Positions 1-8,803 of a stretch of 64,000 bases of DNA are shown here, one piece after another. The first letter of the stretch is position 1. Each line of letters begins with the position of its first letter. The notes under the pieces were generated by a model. That model was not told where the DNA came from. It searched no databases and saw only the letters and a program-made list of their open reading frames with translations. This stretch comes from Candidatus Hydrogenedentota bacterium (GTDB lineage: Bacteria > Hydrogenedentota > Hydrogenedentia > Hydrogenedentales > SLHB01): NCBI GenBank assembly GCA_963668025.2, contig CAXXTH010000022.1, positions 1 to 64,000 on the forward strand, given 5' to 3'. The translations under genes and the position numbers were made by a program.

Positions 1-260
1 GCGAGGCCCTTAACTTTGCTAAGGCTGATCATGCGAAACAACGCTCCTACGATATGCCATCATGTTCATTTCATTGCCGGGAAAGCCTTTCACCGGCATA
101 CGCGGCACTACCCTGGCCTTCCAGCATAGGCGACATACGCCCCGCTGGGCAAGTCGCATGGTAGGGCTTGGAAGCGGCTAGGTCAAATATATCCGGCTGT
201 ATGGCAAAAAAACAGCTTGTCCATCTTGCCCGGCGGAAATTATATGGGCATAATAAAAAA

Positions 261-2444
261 ATGAGCGCATGGTTATTGCTATTGTTCAGCATATCCGGAG
301 CCACCAAAGTCTGGACTGAGCCGGGCATGGCGTATGTCATGCCCGATAGCACGCCAGGCGTAGGAGCCTCGGCTGAGGTGCGTTTGTATGCGGCTCGAGG
401 GGAACGGGAATCTTTCCAGTTGTGCATTCGGGCCGGCAAGAACGCGCTCGAGCGCGTCGCGCTCGAGGGATATGCCCTTGGACGCTCCATCGGCCCGCCG
501 GAAATGCGGAGGCTGGCATACATTGAACTGCCGGAGCCATCCGCCCGGGCATGGAGCGAGGAGCGTGTCCGTCCTGGCCCGCTGCTGGATTACCAGCCGC
601 TAGATATCCCCGCGGAAACAACCGGGGTGTTTTGGGTATCGTACACGATCCCAGGTGATACGCCGCCAGGCGTATACACGGGACAGATTAGGGTCCGTCC
701 TGTCAACAGCCGGGTATTTCCCGTCGAAGTGGCGATAGAAGTTTTCGATTTTGATATGCCGGAAATCCCTTCGCTTCGTGTCCTAGCACCCCTCGAACGT
801 AGCGTCATACGCACATTTTACGGCATCGATGACGCCCCGCTCGAATCATGGCGGCCTATTTATGACGCCTTCGCGGACAGCCGCCTCTCCTTATCGTTAT
901 GGCAAGACGGCTCGCTGGTGCGTTTCCCGGGCATTGTGCCGGTGGATGCGCCCGAGGTGAAAGAGCTTGGCGCGGCGCCTCCCGATACGCAAATACTTAA
1001 AGAGCACCTGGCATATGCCGTTGACGCCATGCATATGAATACGATAAATCTGGCGGACTCCACTTATGGCGTCACTCCTTTCCAGCCCACGAAAGAGGCG
1101 CTCGAACAAGATCCCCTCCAGCTCTATCTGCATGATATGGCGGATTGGCTCGATGCCCATGGATGGCTTGAACGCGCGGTGGCGCTGACTTCACCCACAC
1201 CCACGCGAGATGAATGGCAAAAAGTGAGGGATGGATATTTCCGGGTGAATCGAGCGGATGCCCGCATCAAACGCCTCATGCTAGGCGAGCCGCATCCGCA
1301 TTTCGAGCGCTACACCAACATCTGGGCCATTACGCTGCGCTCGTGGCTGCCCCAGGCTTGCGCGTTGTTACGGAATGGCATCAGCCTAGCCACACCCGTG
1401 GAAGCGCCAGCACGGTACATAGATGCATCTGAATCTGGGCCGGCTTCCCCAAACGCCTTGTTTGTCACCGCTCCTGAAGACGCCTACGACGGAAGCTTAT
1501 TCTCCGCATGGTGTTCCAGCCAGCCGCCTACGTCTGCAACGCCCGCCACACTCCGGCTCGATCTGGAAACCGGCGTGCAGACCCAGTGGATTGTGGTACA
1601 TTGGCTGCCCGGCCATGAAGCGGATGAAATACAGGTGAATACCTCGCATGGGTATGGCATGTTCAGCAAAGCTGCCATAAAATGGGACCATAAGCTGCCA
1701 GCGAACCGGTATGATACGAGCCTATCCATTGGCCGGTTTAAGCTAGTGAAAACCTTCGAAGCCATCCGGCTCACATTCCGGCATACGCGCCGGAATGTCC
1801 CGGTTGGCGTCGCCGAAATCGAGTTCACCCAAACGCCTGCATCCGCCGTGCCTGAACACATCGAGCCCATCGACACATGGCTTTACCCAATAAAAGGAGA
1901 TTTTCCCTCTTTGGCCGCGGACGCCCATCCCGCCGAGGCGCGCTTGTTCGGATGGGTCTGTTGGGGAACTGGGATGAAAGGGCTGGCGCTCGAATCACTG
2001 AATCAGTGGCCTCGCGAGTGGGCCGATGTTTTTCGCGACGGGCCCTCTGTATGGACAGGTGCGGGCCAAGGTGAAGGCGTCTTGTATTATCCTGGTCCGC
2101 AAGGGCCTATCGCTTCAGTAACCATGGAGCGATTGCGGGATGGAATCGAAGATTATGAATATTTTGCGGCCATGGACAGAGCGGTGCGCGAAGGAATCGT
2201 AAATAACGTGGAGGTGCGGAAATGGCTCTCACCCCGGCATTTTGAATGCAACACATCCGAAAACGAGGTGGAGAAGCTAGGAGATGAACTCGCGAATATG
2301 CGGGTGAAGATCGGCCGGGCGCTTACGAAGTCGCTCAAACAAACGCCGCCTTCGGAATCGGACAGCGAGCCAGGCAAACAGGAGGTGGAAGCACATACCC
2401 CTGTTGATTCGGAAAAACCATCGGAACAAGACAAGAAGGAGTAA
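261..2444 (+). CDS. DUF4091/GH123-like glycoside hydrolase-related secreted protein with an inserted discoidin-like domain
   Basis: Long ORF; N-terminal 'LYAARGERESFQL' and C-terminal 'GEGVLYYPG...MERLRDGIEDYEY' motifs typical of DUF4091 proteins; ATG at 261 gives a hydrophobic N-terminus. Confidence 0.75.
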   Translation: MSAWLLLLFSISGATKVWTEPGMAYVMPDSTPGVGASAEVRLYAARGERESFQLCIRAGKNALERVALEGYALGRSIGPPEMRRLAYIELPEPSARAWSEERVRPGPLLDYQPLDIPAETTGVFWVSYTIPGDTPPGVYTGQIRVRPVNSRVFPVEVAIEVFDFDMPEIPSLRVLAPLERSVIRTFYGIDDAPLESWRPIYDAFADSRLSLSLWQDGSLVRFPGIVPVDAPEVKELGAAPPDTQILKEHLAYAVDAMHMNTINLADSTYGVTPFQPTKEALEQDPLQLYLHDMADWLDAHGWLERAVALTSPTPTRDEWQKVRDGYFRVNRADARIKRLMLGEPHPHFERYTNIWAITLRSWLPQACALLRNGISLATPVEAPARYIDASESGPASPNALFVTAPEDAYDGSLFSAWCSSQPPTSATPATLRLDLETGVQTQWIVVHWLPGHEADEIQVNTSHGYGMFSKAAIKWDHKLPANRYDTSLSIGRFKLVKTFEAIRLTFRHTRRNVPVGVAEIEFTQTPASAVPEHIEPIDTWLYPIKGDFPSLAADAHPAEARLFGWVCWGTGMKGLALESLNQWPREWADVFRDGPSVWTGAGQGEGVLYYPGPQGPIASVTMERLRDGIEDYEYFAAMDRAVREGIVNNVEVRKWLSPRHFECNTSENEVEKLGDELANMRVKIGRALTKSLKQTPPSESDSEPGKQEVEAHTPVDSEKPSEQDKKE

Positions 2445-2450
2445 AAATCG

Positions 2451-3512
2451 ATGGATAAAAAAAAGCTTCGAGTGGGCGTAGTCGGCGTAGGCGCCATTGC
2501 ACAGACCATGCACCTGCCGAATTGGCAGGAACTCGCGAACGAAGGGCGAATAGAGCTTGTGGGGGTCTGCGATGTGGACAAAGAGCGCGTGGAGCAAGTA
2601 CGCGAAAAATTTAATGCATCTAGCGCATATACAAACCACAAGAAAATGCTGAAAGACGGCGAATTCGACATCATCGATGTATGCACGCAAAACCGGTTTC
2701 ATTGTCCTGTCACGGTAGACGCATTGAAGGCGGGTGCGCATGTGCTTGTCGAGAAACCTATCGCCATGAGCGCCAAAGAAGCGGAAACCATGTTGAATAC
2801 AGCCAAAGCGGGCAAGCGGCGCTTGATGGTGGCGCAACACATGCGCTTCGAAGCTGGACATGAAAAGCTTAAAGAAATCATCGAGCGCGGCGAATTGGGC
2901 CAGATATATCACGCCAATGCGGTGATGCTACGCAGGCGGGGCATTCCCGGCTGGGGGCGTTTTCACATTCAAAAGGAGTCGCTCGGAGGTCCGCTTATCG
3001 ATATCGGCGTGCATGTGATGGATTTGACCATGTGGCTCATGGGTTTTCCGAAGCCTATAGCGGCTTCAGGCCGCGTACACCGCATGTTTGGAGATCGCGA
3101 TGACTTGGTGAACGCCACGTGGGGCGCGGATTACAACAAGAAAGAATTTGATGTGGAAGATTACGCCGTGGCGCTGGTGCGGTTCGAGAATGGGGCGAGC
3201 ATGCACATCGAGGTTTCCTGGGCGGCGAATATCCCCGAGGATCGCGCGGAAGTGCGCGTGCTGGGGGATAAAGCGGGCGTGAGCACGAATCCCCTCGGCG
3301 TGTATAGCTATGAAACGGGCGCGCTGACCGCCAAAAAGTTCGATTGGCTGCCCACCCAGCAAGGCCATCGCATGGAGATACGGCATTTTACGGAATGCAT
3401 CGAGAAGCACCTGCCGCTGCGGGTGCCGCCGGAGCAATCCCTCGTGGTTCAAAAAGTGATCGACGCCATTTACGAGTCTTCAAACAAGAACCGCGAGATC
3501 GCCATCAAGTGA
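2451..3512 (+). CDS. Gfo/Idh/MocA family oxidoreductase
   Basis: GVVGVGAIA Rossmann motif, HVLVEKP, GGPLIDIGVH; AAGGAG RBS upstream. Confidence 0.92.
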   Translation: MDKKKLRVGVVGVGAIAQTMHLPNWQELANEGRIELVGVCDVDKERVEQVREKFNASSAYTNHKKMLKDGEFDIIDVCTQNRFHCPVTVDALKAGAHVLVEKPIAMSAKEAETMLNTAKAGKRRLMVAQHMRFEAGHEKLKEIIERGELGQIYHANAVMLRRRGIPGWGRFHIQKESLGGPLIDIGVHVMDLTMWLMGFPKPIAASGRVHRMFGDRDDLVNATWGADYNKKEFDVEDYAVALVRFENGASMHIEVSWAANIPEDRAEVRVLGDKAGVSTNPLGVYSYETGALTAKKFDWLPTQQGHRMEIRHFTECIEKHLPLRVPPEQSLVVQKVIDAIYESSNKNREIAIK

Positions 3513-3522
3513 GGAACAACGC

Positions 3523-3564
3523 GGGAAGGGGCTGTATTACATATGCCCCTTCCCACAATTTTTT
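3523..3564 (+). terminator. Intrinsic terminator
   Basis: GGGAAGGGGC/GCCCCTTCCC stem followed by a T run, between convergent genes. Confidence 0.7.
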
Positions 3565-3934
3565 ATAGCGCTTCCGGCGGAAGAAACCGGGCCAGCAAGT
3601 CGCTGAGCGTTGAAGTGGGCAGTGTTTTCGAGATAAAAGCCGTAGCGCCCACTTTTTCAAGCTGCCGGGAATCGCCTTCAATGGAAGTCATGAGCAAAAT
3701 AGGCAGCGCATGAGGCAAGCCTGGTTCATTCCTGAGTAAAGCGCATGTCTCGTAACCATCGAAAACCGGCAGGAAGGAATCCAGCAGCACCATATCAGGA
3801 AGCACGGCGGCTGCCGTGCTCAATACCAATTGTCCATCCGTTACGCAGGTGGTTATATGCCCTAATCCCGTGAACGCGCTTTCGAGCATATCCAGAAGCG
3901 CGCTATCGGGAGACGCCATGAGTATGTGAGCCAT
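3563..3934 (-). CDS. Single-domain response regulator receiver protein
   Basis: PDMVLLDSFLPVFDGYE...LPILLMTS...FISK; the acidic pocket is atypical (MASPD instead of VDD). Confidence 0.85.
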   Translation of the reverse strand: MAHILMASPDSALLDMLESAFTGLGHITTCVTDGQLVLSTAAAVLPDMVLLDSFLPVFDGYETCALLRNEPGLPHALPILLMTSIEGDSRQLEKVGATAFISKTLPTSTLSDLLARFLPPEAL

Positions 3935-3996
3935 TGGCGCGCCTCCTTTTTACAAACGGAAAGATGCGGGGCCGCATGGAGGCATGCGGCATGCCT

Positions 3997-4488
3997 TTAC
4001 CATTCATCATCCGGAGCATCGAGTGGAGCGACATCGGCGTCTACATCCGGCTCTTCATCGACAATCACAAGGTCCTCGGCTACGTCTTCCACTACATCCG
4101 GCACAACGCCCACTTCGATTTCCGCTTCTTCCACATCGACTTCATCTACTTCGTCCACATGGACTTCTTCGACTTCATCTTCTTCGGCGTCTTCTTCTTC
4201 AGCGCCATATTCCCCCTCTTCCGAAAACGCATCGACATCAGGAACCATTGCTTCATCATCATCAAGCATGCTTTCACGGATAACAGGAACGGCTTTTCGT
4301 TTCGGCGTCCGTTTCAATGCAACACGCTTATGCGAGTGGTCTTCTTGTGTGCCAGCTCGAACCAGTTCGATATCTTCAGTCGCATCCTCGGGACAGAATT
4401 TATCACGGGGGCACTTGAAACCCAGCTTTTCGGCTCCCCATTCCGTAAATTTCCTGCCGCATTTGGGGCACACATACTTGACGGCCAT
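3997..4488 (-). CDS. Zinc-ribbon protein with very acidic C-terminal tail (FYDLN_acid-like architecture)
   Basis: MAVKYVCPKCGRKF...CPRDKFC, then a D/E-rich tail; AAGGAG RBS upstream of ATG 4488. Confidence 0.75.
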   Translation of the reverse strand: MAVKYVCPKCGRKFTEWGAEKLGFKCPRDKFCPEDATEDIELVRAGTQEDHSHKRVALKRTPKRKAVPVIRESMLDDDEAMVPDVDAFSEEGEYGAEEEDAEEDEVEEVHVDEVDEVDVEEAEIEVGVVPDVVEDVAEDLVIVDEEPDVDADVAPLDAPDDEW

Positions 4489-4675
4489 ACGCAAAGCTCC
4501 TTCGTGTCCAATTTTACGATAGTACAGTAATACTCTCATCAGAGCGACGGGATTATACCAAAAGAACGCCTCGAACGGAAGAGGAAATTTACACGGGATG
4601 GAGGAGGCTAATGCTTTATAGCATAATAACTTGCGTACAGAGAATTTGCATCGGAGCGCTTCGCACGTTTTGGGA

Positions 4676-5089
4676 CTACTCCCGCCTGCGGGTGGTCTCA
4701 CGGTTGAGAAGGCGCAATGCGGATAATAAACATAGCGCGGGGAACAGAGCGGCAAGCCATAAGCTCACTTGCGGCCCGAATTGCGCGCTAATGACCGCGC
4801 TCAAGCTGTCTATATAATAGCCTGCGCCGCCTGGAACAGCCCATGCCTGCCCCGCAAAGGTTCCTAAAAGGGCCGCGGAGCCCCCCGCCAGCACAAGAGG
4901 AACCAAGAGGATCGCAGCGCCAGCCAGTAAATTCGCACGGAAACGCCTGCGTTCCTGGGCAGCGATGGCGGCGATACGGACCCGCACCATCACATGCGCA
5001 TGCAGAAGCCGGGGAACGGATTGTTGCGGCTCTGAATGCAGTGCATCGGCTATCAGGTTATCCAGTTTCTCAGTATGGCTCGATTCCAT
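4676..5089 (-). CDS. Putative membrane anti-sigma factor
   Basis: Overlaps the 3' end of the ECF sigma gene; short soluble N-terminus plus two hydrophobic segments. Confidence 0.6.
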   Translation of the reverse strand: MESSHTEKLDNLIADALHSEPQQSVPRLLHAHVMVRVRIAAIAAQERRRFRANLLAGAAILLVPLVLAGGSAALLGTFAGQAWAVPGGAGYYIDSLSAVISAQFGPQVSLWLAALFPALCLLSALRLLNRETTRRRE

Positions 5090-5681
5090 GGGATGCAAGC
5101 TCCTGTTCCACTATTTTCCGCAATTGGGCTCGAGCGCGGTGCATCCACGTCTTGAGCGTGCCTTTGGGGATTTTCATGGCGGCGGCGATTTCCTCGTAAC
5201 CCTTTTCTTGGAGGTAGTATAAAGCGATAATGGTGGCGTCGCGCTCGGGCAAGCGCGCCACGCAGCGCCGGATCAATTCGTATACTTCCGTCTCTCCGTG
5301 CATCGCGCCCGGTTCGGCCAAGTCCTCTGTGTGCGAGGGGAGCAGTTCCACTTCAGTGCGGTGTTTGCGCCTCTCCAGTTCAGAAAGGCAGACACTGCAA
5401 GTCACCCGGTAAAGCCATGTCGAGAATTCGGATTCGCCACGAAAGCCTTTAAGCAAGCGAAAGGCCTTCAAAAACGCCTCCTGGGCCATATCTTCCGCCA
5501 GGCCCGCATCGCGCATAAAGCGATAAGCGAGATTGTAGACATTCCGCTCGTGGCGGCGCACCAGCTCGGAAAACGCTTCGACATCGCCCGCAAGAGTCTG
5601 CGTGACTAGCGCGCCGTCGGAGCCTTTCATAATGCTCATCACTCCCGTGGAGGGCCAAGTTGCCGTCATGGATGCCGTCAT
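5070..5681 (-). CDS. ECF RNA polymerase sigma-70 factor
   Basis: AEDMAQEAFLKAF, FSTWLYRV, YEEIAAAMKIPKGTLKTWMHRAR (regions 2 and 4). Confidence 0.95.
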   Translation of the reverse strand: MTASMTATWPSTGVMSIMKGSDGALVTQTLAGDVEAFSELVRRHERNVYNLAYRFMRDAGLAEDMAQEAFLKAFRLLKGFRGESEFSTWLYRVTCSVCLSELERRKHRTEVELLPSHTEDLAEPGAMHGETEVYELIRRCVARLPERDATIIALYYLQEKGYEEIAAAMKIPKGTLKTWMHRARAQLRKIVEQELASHGIEPY

Positions 5682-6652
5682 GGGCCCACTCCCGGGTTTA
5701 AGCTGTCCTGGACAACCTTGCCAGCAGTAGCGTTCCGGCTGTGTTCCCGTGTGATCCAGATATTGCCATTCAAAGCGGTCAATTCAAGAGCACGCTGGCC
5801 TTCGCCGATGCGCCCCATGAGCGTGCGCCGTTTTCCTTCGCCGGACGAGGCGTCCAGCGGCAAGTCGCAGCGGATCTCGCCGAAGTCCGTCCGGGCGTTT
5901 ATCTGCGCGGAAACACCCTCTTGAAGCGCCACTGTAATTCCCCCGTTGCGGCTCGTCAAGCGGCACGGGGCCGCATCGGGAGCAAGCAAGTGGGCGACGA
6001 CAGCGCCGTTGGTGGTCTCCGCGTCGAGTCCGCCGCCTTGCATATAGACATAAACATTACCGTTCACGGTATTCAATGTGGCGTCCGCACGGGCGCCATC
6101 TAAACGGATTCGCCCATTTAGCGTTTGGATATGGGTTTGTCCTTGGGGTTCTTGCACGGTAATATCGGCGTTGCAGGCAGCGATATGGACACCGCCCACG
6201 CCGCGGCTGACCGATACGTTTCCGCTGCCGTTCTGGATGTCCACATCCGCGCCTTCCGGCACGCGCACAATGTAATCCACATAAATGTCTAGTGCGTCCG
6301 GAAGGGGATTTGGCTCGGTAGCGAGGGAAACCAGGCCCCCCTCTTGGGCCACAGTAAAGAGGGAAGCCGCGCAATCGCGCGCCGCCTGCTCGAGGCCTCT
6401 TTTCAGGCCGTAAATGCGAAGATAGGCTTCCGCATCCGCCTGGCTCCCAGGCTGGGTAACCACGCGGACGCGTCCATTCAGGTTGGCGAGGCGCAACTGG
6501 TTCACATCATTCCATGAGAAGCGCTGCACACGCTCTACTTCAGGGGCGCCCACCACCCGCGGGAGGCCGGGAGCCGCCACGCGGATGGTGAACGTTAACA
6601 CAAGCGCGGCCAGGAGAAGGGCCGTTGCTAAACTGCGCAAGATAACTTTCAT
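5678..6652 (-). CDS. DUF4097 beta-strand-repeat membrane-anchored protein
   Basis: N-terminal TM; repeated TxNGxV/I units; usual partner of ECF loci. Confidence 0.8.
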   Translation of the reverse strand: MKVILRSLATALLLAALVLTFTIRVAAPGLPRVVGAPEVERVQRFSWNDVNQLRLANLNGRVRVVTQPGSQADAEAYLRIYGLKRGLEQAARDCAASLFTVAQEGGLVSLATEPNPLPDALDIYVDYIVRVPEGADVDIQNGSGNVSVSRGVGGVHIAACNADITVQEPQGQTHIQTLNGRIRLDGARADATLNTVNGNVYVYMQGGGLDAETTNGAVVAHLLAPDAAPCRLTSRNGGITVALQEGVSAQINARTDFGEIRCDLPLDASSGEGKRRTLMGRIGEGQRALELTALNGNIWITREHSRNATAGKVVQDSLNPGVGP

Positions 6653-6816
6653 GTAGCACAAGTACACCGGCTGTTGTTGCGCTTCGCGAGGCCGCCGCCG
6701 CGCGGGGTCTGCGAAGCCGTTCTATTAGCTTAGACTGGCCGCAACGCCCATCGGTTTCAGACTGAAACCACACGCAAGGAAAATTGGTCCAATAGGTTGA
6801 AAAGGAGGTGTTCCGC

Positions 6817-7233
6817 TTGGCTGGCCTTATCATCTTGATACCGCTGTTTATCTTGGCGCTCGCGCTCGTATATGGAGCCGCGTTACGCATATATTCCACT
6901 TGGCTTGATTATCGAATCCGCATCCAGTTGCTGGAGCAGATCGAGGCGCATCCGGAGTCCGCCCCCACGCCAGAGCAGCTCCACGCTATTTTGAATGCCT
7001 CCCCCAAAACGGACACCCGCCGGGGCAAAATCAATTATGCCCTAACGGGCATCTTCCTGATCGTCATCGGAGCCGCCTGCGCCTTGATTGGTTTTCAGTT
7101 GCGCGTGGGCCAGCTTGCCGTTGGCAGCTACATCGGCGGCCATATTTGCTTGTGCATGGGCATCGTGTTTGTGCTGTTCGGCACGGCTGAACGATTCTTA
7201 AAGCGTGGTTCCACGGGCGTCTTGCGGCAGTAA
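6817..7233 (+). CDS. Small membrane protein (DUF6249-like)
   Basis: AAGGAGG RBS before TTG 6817; TM, charged linker, two TMs; divergent from the ECF operon. Confidence 0.6.
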   Translation: MAGLIILIPLFILALALVYGAALRIYSTWLDYRIRIQLLEQIEAHPESAPTPEQLHAILNASPKTDTRRGKINYALTGIFLIVIGAACALIGFQLRVGQLAVGSYIGGHICLCMGIVFVLFGTAERFLKRGSTGVLRQ

Positions 7234-7349
7234 TCCCCACCCGCCCTCATCGGGTCTCTTCTACCGTGAATCCCTAGGTTATTTGTGCCTGAACGCGCGG
7301 TATGATAATGTATTACCGAATGCCGCTGCCAGATGGATATTTGTATCCA

Positions 7350-7701
7350 ATGAAAAAGCGCCTGCATGTTATAAATGAGTTGGGTCCTATCGTGAAACGA
7401 TGGCGTTTCCAAAAGCTTTGGCAAGGAGATACGCATGCCGTGCGCCTGGCGGCTGTGTTTCTGCTGTCGCTATATGCCTTGGCGCTGGGCCATGAATTCA
7501 TCGTAGATGACCACGATGGCGCGCATTGCGGTTTATGCCTGTTGATGGCCAGTCCCAGCCTAGTGGCGGCGGCCGTCTTATTGACAGTTACGCTTGCTGC
7601 TGTTGCAACTAGTTTTTTTTCGCTTCCAATACATCCCCCCTTGCGGCTCCCCATGCCGCATCGAATACCGCCGTGGCCCGCCTCGAACAATCTTACATTA
7701 G
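7350..7701 (+). CDS. DUF2946-like His/CxxC leader peptide with RGPP arrest motif (copy 1), broken by a +1 frameshift at the T8 run 7613-7620
   Basis: MKKRL...TM...GHEFIVDDHDGAHCGLC...; removing one T gives FQYIPPCGSPCRIEYRRGPPRTILH*, collinear with the paralog at 8897. Confidence 0.75.
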
Positions 7702-7795
7702 TTTCGTTCTGTAAATCGGTGAAACGCACCCCAGAAGGTTTTATGCCTCTGGGTGAGTTCATCTTATCTTTTCGTATTCATACAGGAGATTGTTC
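7685..7795 (+). promoter_or_regulatory. Putative RBS-sequestering RNA structure between leader 1 and prepilin-like gene 1
   Basis: GAACAATCT (7685-7693) is the exact reverse complement of AGATTGTTC (7787-7795); CTGTA/TACAG (7709-13/7781-85); inner imperfect stem CACCCCAGAAGG/CCTCTGGGTG. Confidence 0.6.
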
Positions 7796-8803
7796 ATGCG
7801 TAAGCAAGGATTCACACTCATTGAATTGCTGGTGGTGATCGCCATCATCGCGATTCTGGCGGCAATATTGTTGCCCGCCTTGGCGCGCGCACGGGAAGCC
7901 GCCCGCCGGGCCAGTTGCCAGAGCAACTTAAAACAACTCGGCATCGTCCTCAAGATGTATGCGGCGGAAAACCGGGACCGGTTTCCCGTGCTTAAATCAC
8001 TCAATTGCCATGGCGAGCTCGTACCCTTCTCCCCCACGCCCGATCCGGACGCAATTTTTCCGGATTATTTAAATGACTGGAGCATATTGATTTGCCCAAG
8101 CAATCCCGCAGGGAGTGATCCCGTCGAAACTTGGGACGAAGGGAATTGCATGTCGGAACAATGGGAGGAAGTAGATGGCTATTCGAACGATGGGAAAGTC
8201 ATGCCTTGCGAAGTATTTGACCATCCCTACATGTATTTGAGCTGGGCAATGAACAAGAATTATTTCCCAGATGACAACAGCGCTACAACAAATGTAAACG
8301 AGCGCGAGTATGCATACGAGTGCTTCCTGGCCGCCATGGAAGGGATGGTTCATGACCTTGTCCAGTACGGCGAAGCGCTTGAAAGCGCCGGAAGCAATAC
8401 AACTCAAGTCACTTACGTGAAAGACGAGGTAAAAAAATACTTACAGTCGGATTGGAAATTCACCAATGAAAACGACGTGGCCATCACCGTAGGCGGGACA
8501 TCGAGTGTTCCCCATTTACGGGAAGGCGTCGAGCGGTTCTTCATCACGGACATCAACAATCCCGCCTCCGGCAGTTCGGCGCAATCGACGCTGCCGGTCA
8601 TGTGGGATGCATTGGGCGAATCGGAAGAAGGCGAGACGCCCCATTTCAACCATGTGCCAGGCGGCTGCAATGTGTTGTACATGGATGGGCATGTGGAGTT
8701 CCAACGGTATAAAGGCTTAATGGGCAATGCGTTCCCCGTCGACGAAGGCGGCATCGTCGTACATGAAGGGAGCCATATGGCTGTCCATGAGCATGATGAG
8801 TAA
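7796..8803 (+). CDS. Type IV prepilin-like DUF1559 protein with C-terminal H-X9-DG-type motif and His-rich tail
   Basis: MRKQG|[25 protein letters not shown]-methylation motif; [17 protein letters not shown]; ends [14 protein letters not shown]; AGGAG RBS. Confidence 0.92.
   Translation: MRKQGFTLIELLVVIAIIAILAAILLPALARAREAARRASCQSNLKQLGIVLKMYAAENRDRFPVLKSLNCHGELVPFSPTPDPDAIFPDYLNDWSILICPSNPAGSDPVETWDEGNCMSEQWEEVDGYSNDGKVMPCEVFDHPYMYLSWAMNKNYFPDDNSATTNVNEREYAYECFLAAMEGMVHDLVQYGEALESAGSNTTQVTYVKDEVKKYLQSDWKFTNENDVAITVGGTSSVPHLREGVERFFITDINNPASGSSAQSTLPVMWDALGESEEGETPHFNHVPGGCNVLYMDGHVEFQRYKGLMGNAFPVDEGGIVVHEGSHMAVHEHDE

Noticed and set aside
3926-4530. Plus-strand Phe/His-rich and Ser/Thr-rich ORFs
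   Set aside because: These are antisense shadows of the GAA/GAT-rich acidic gene; the low-complexity repeats are not a CRISPR array
7302-7838. 178-aa ORF as called in the track
   Set aside because: It is a chimera: only the N-terminal part matches the paralog at 8897, and the true tail is in the +1 frame and stops at 7701
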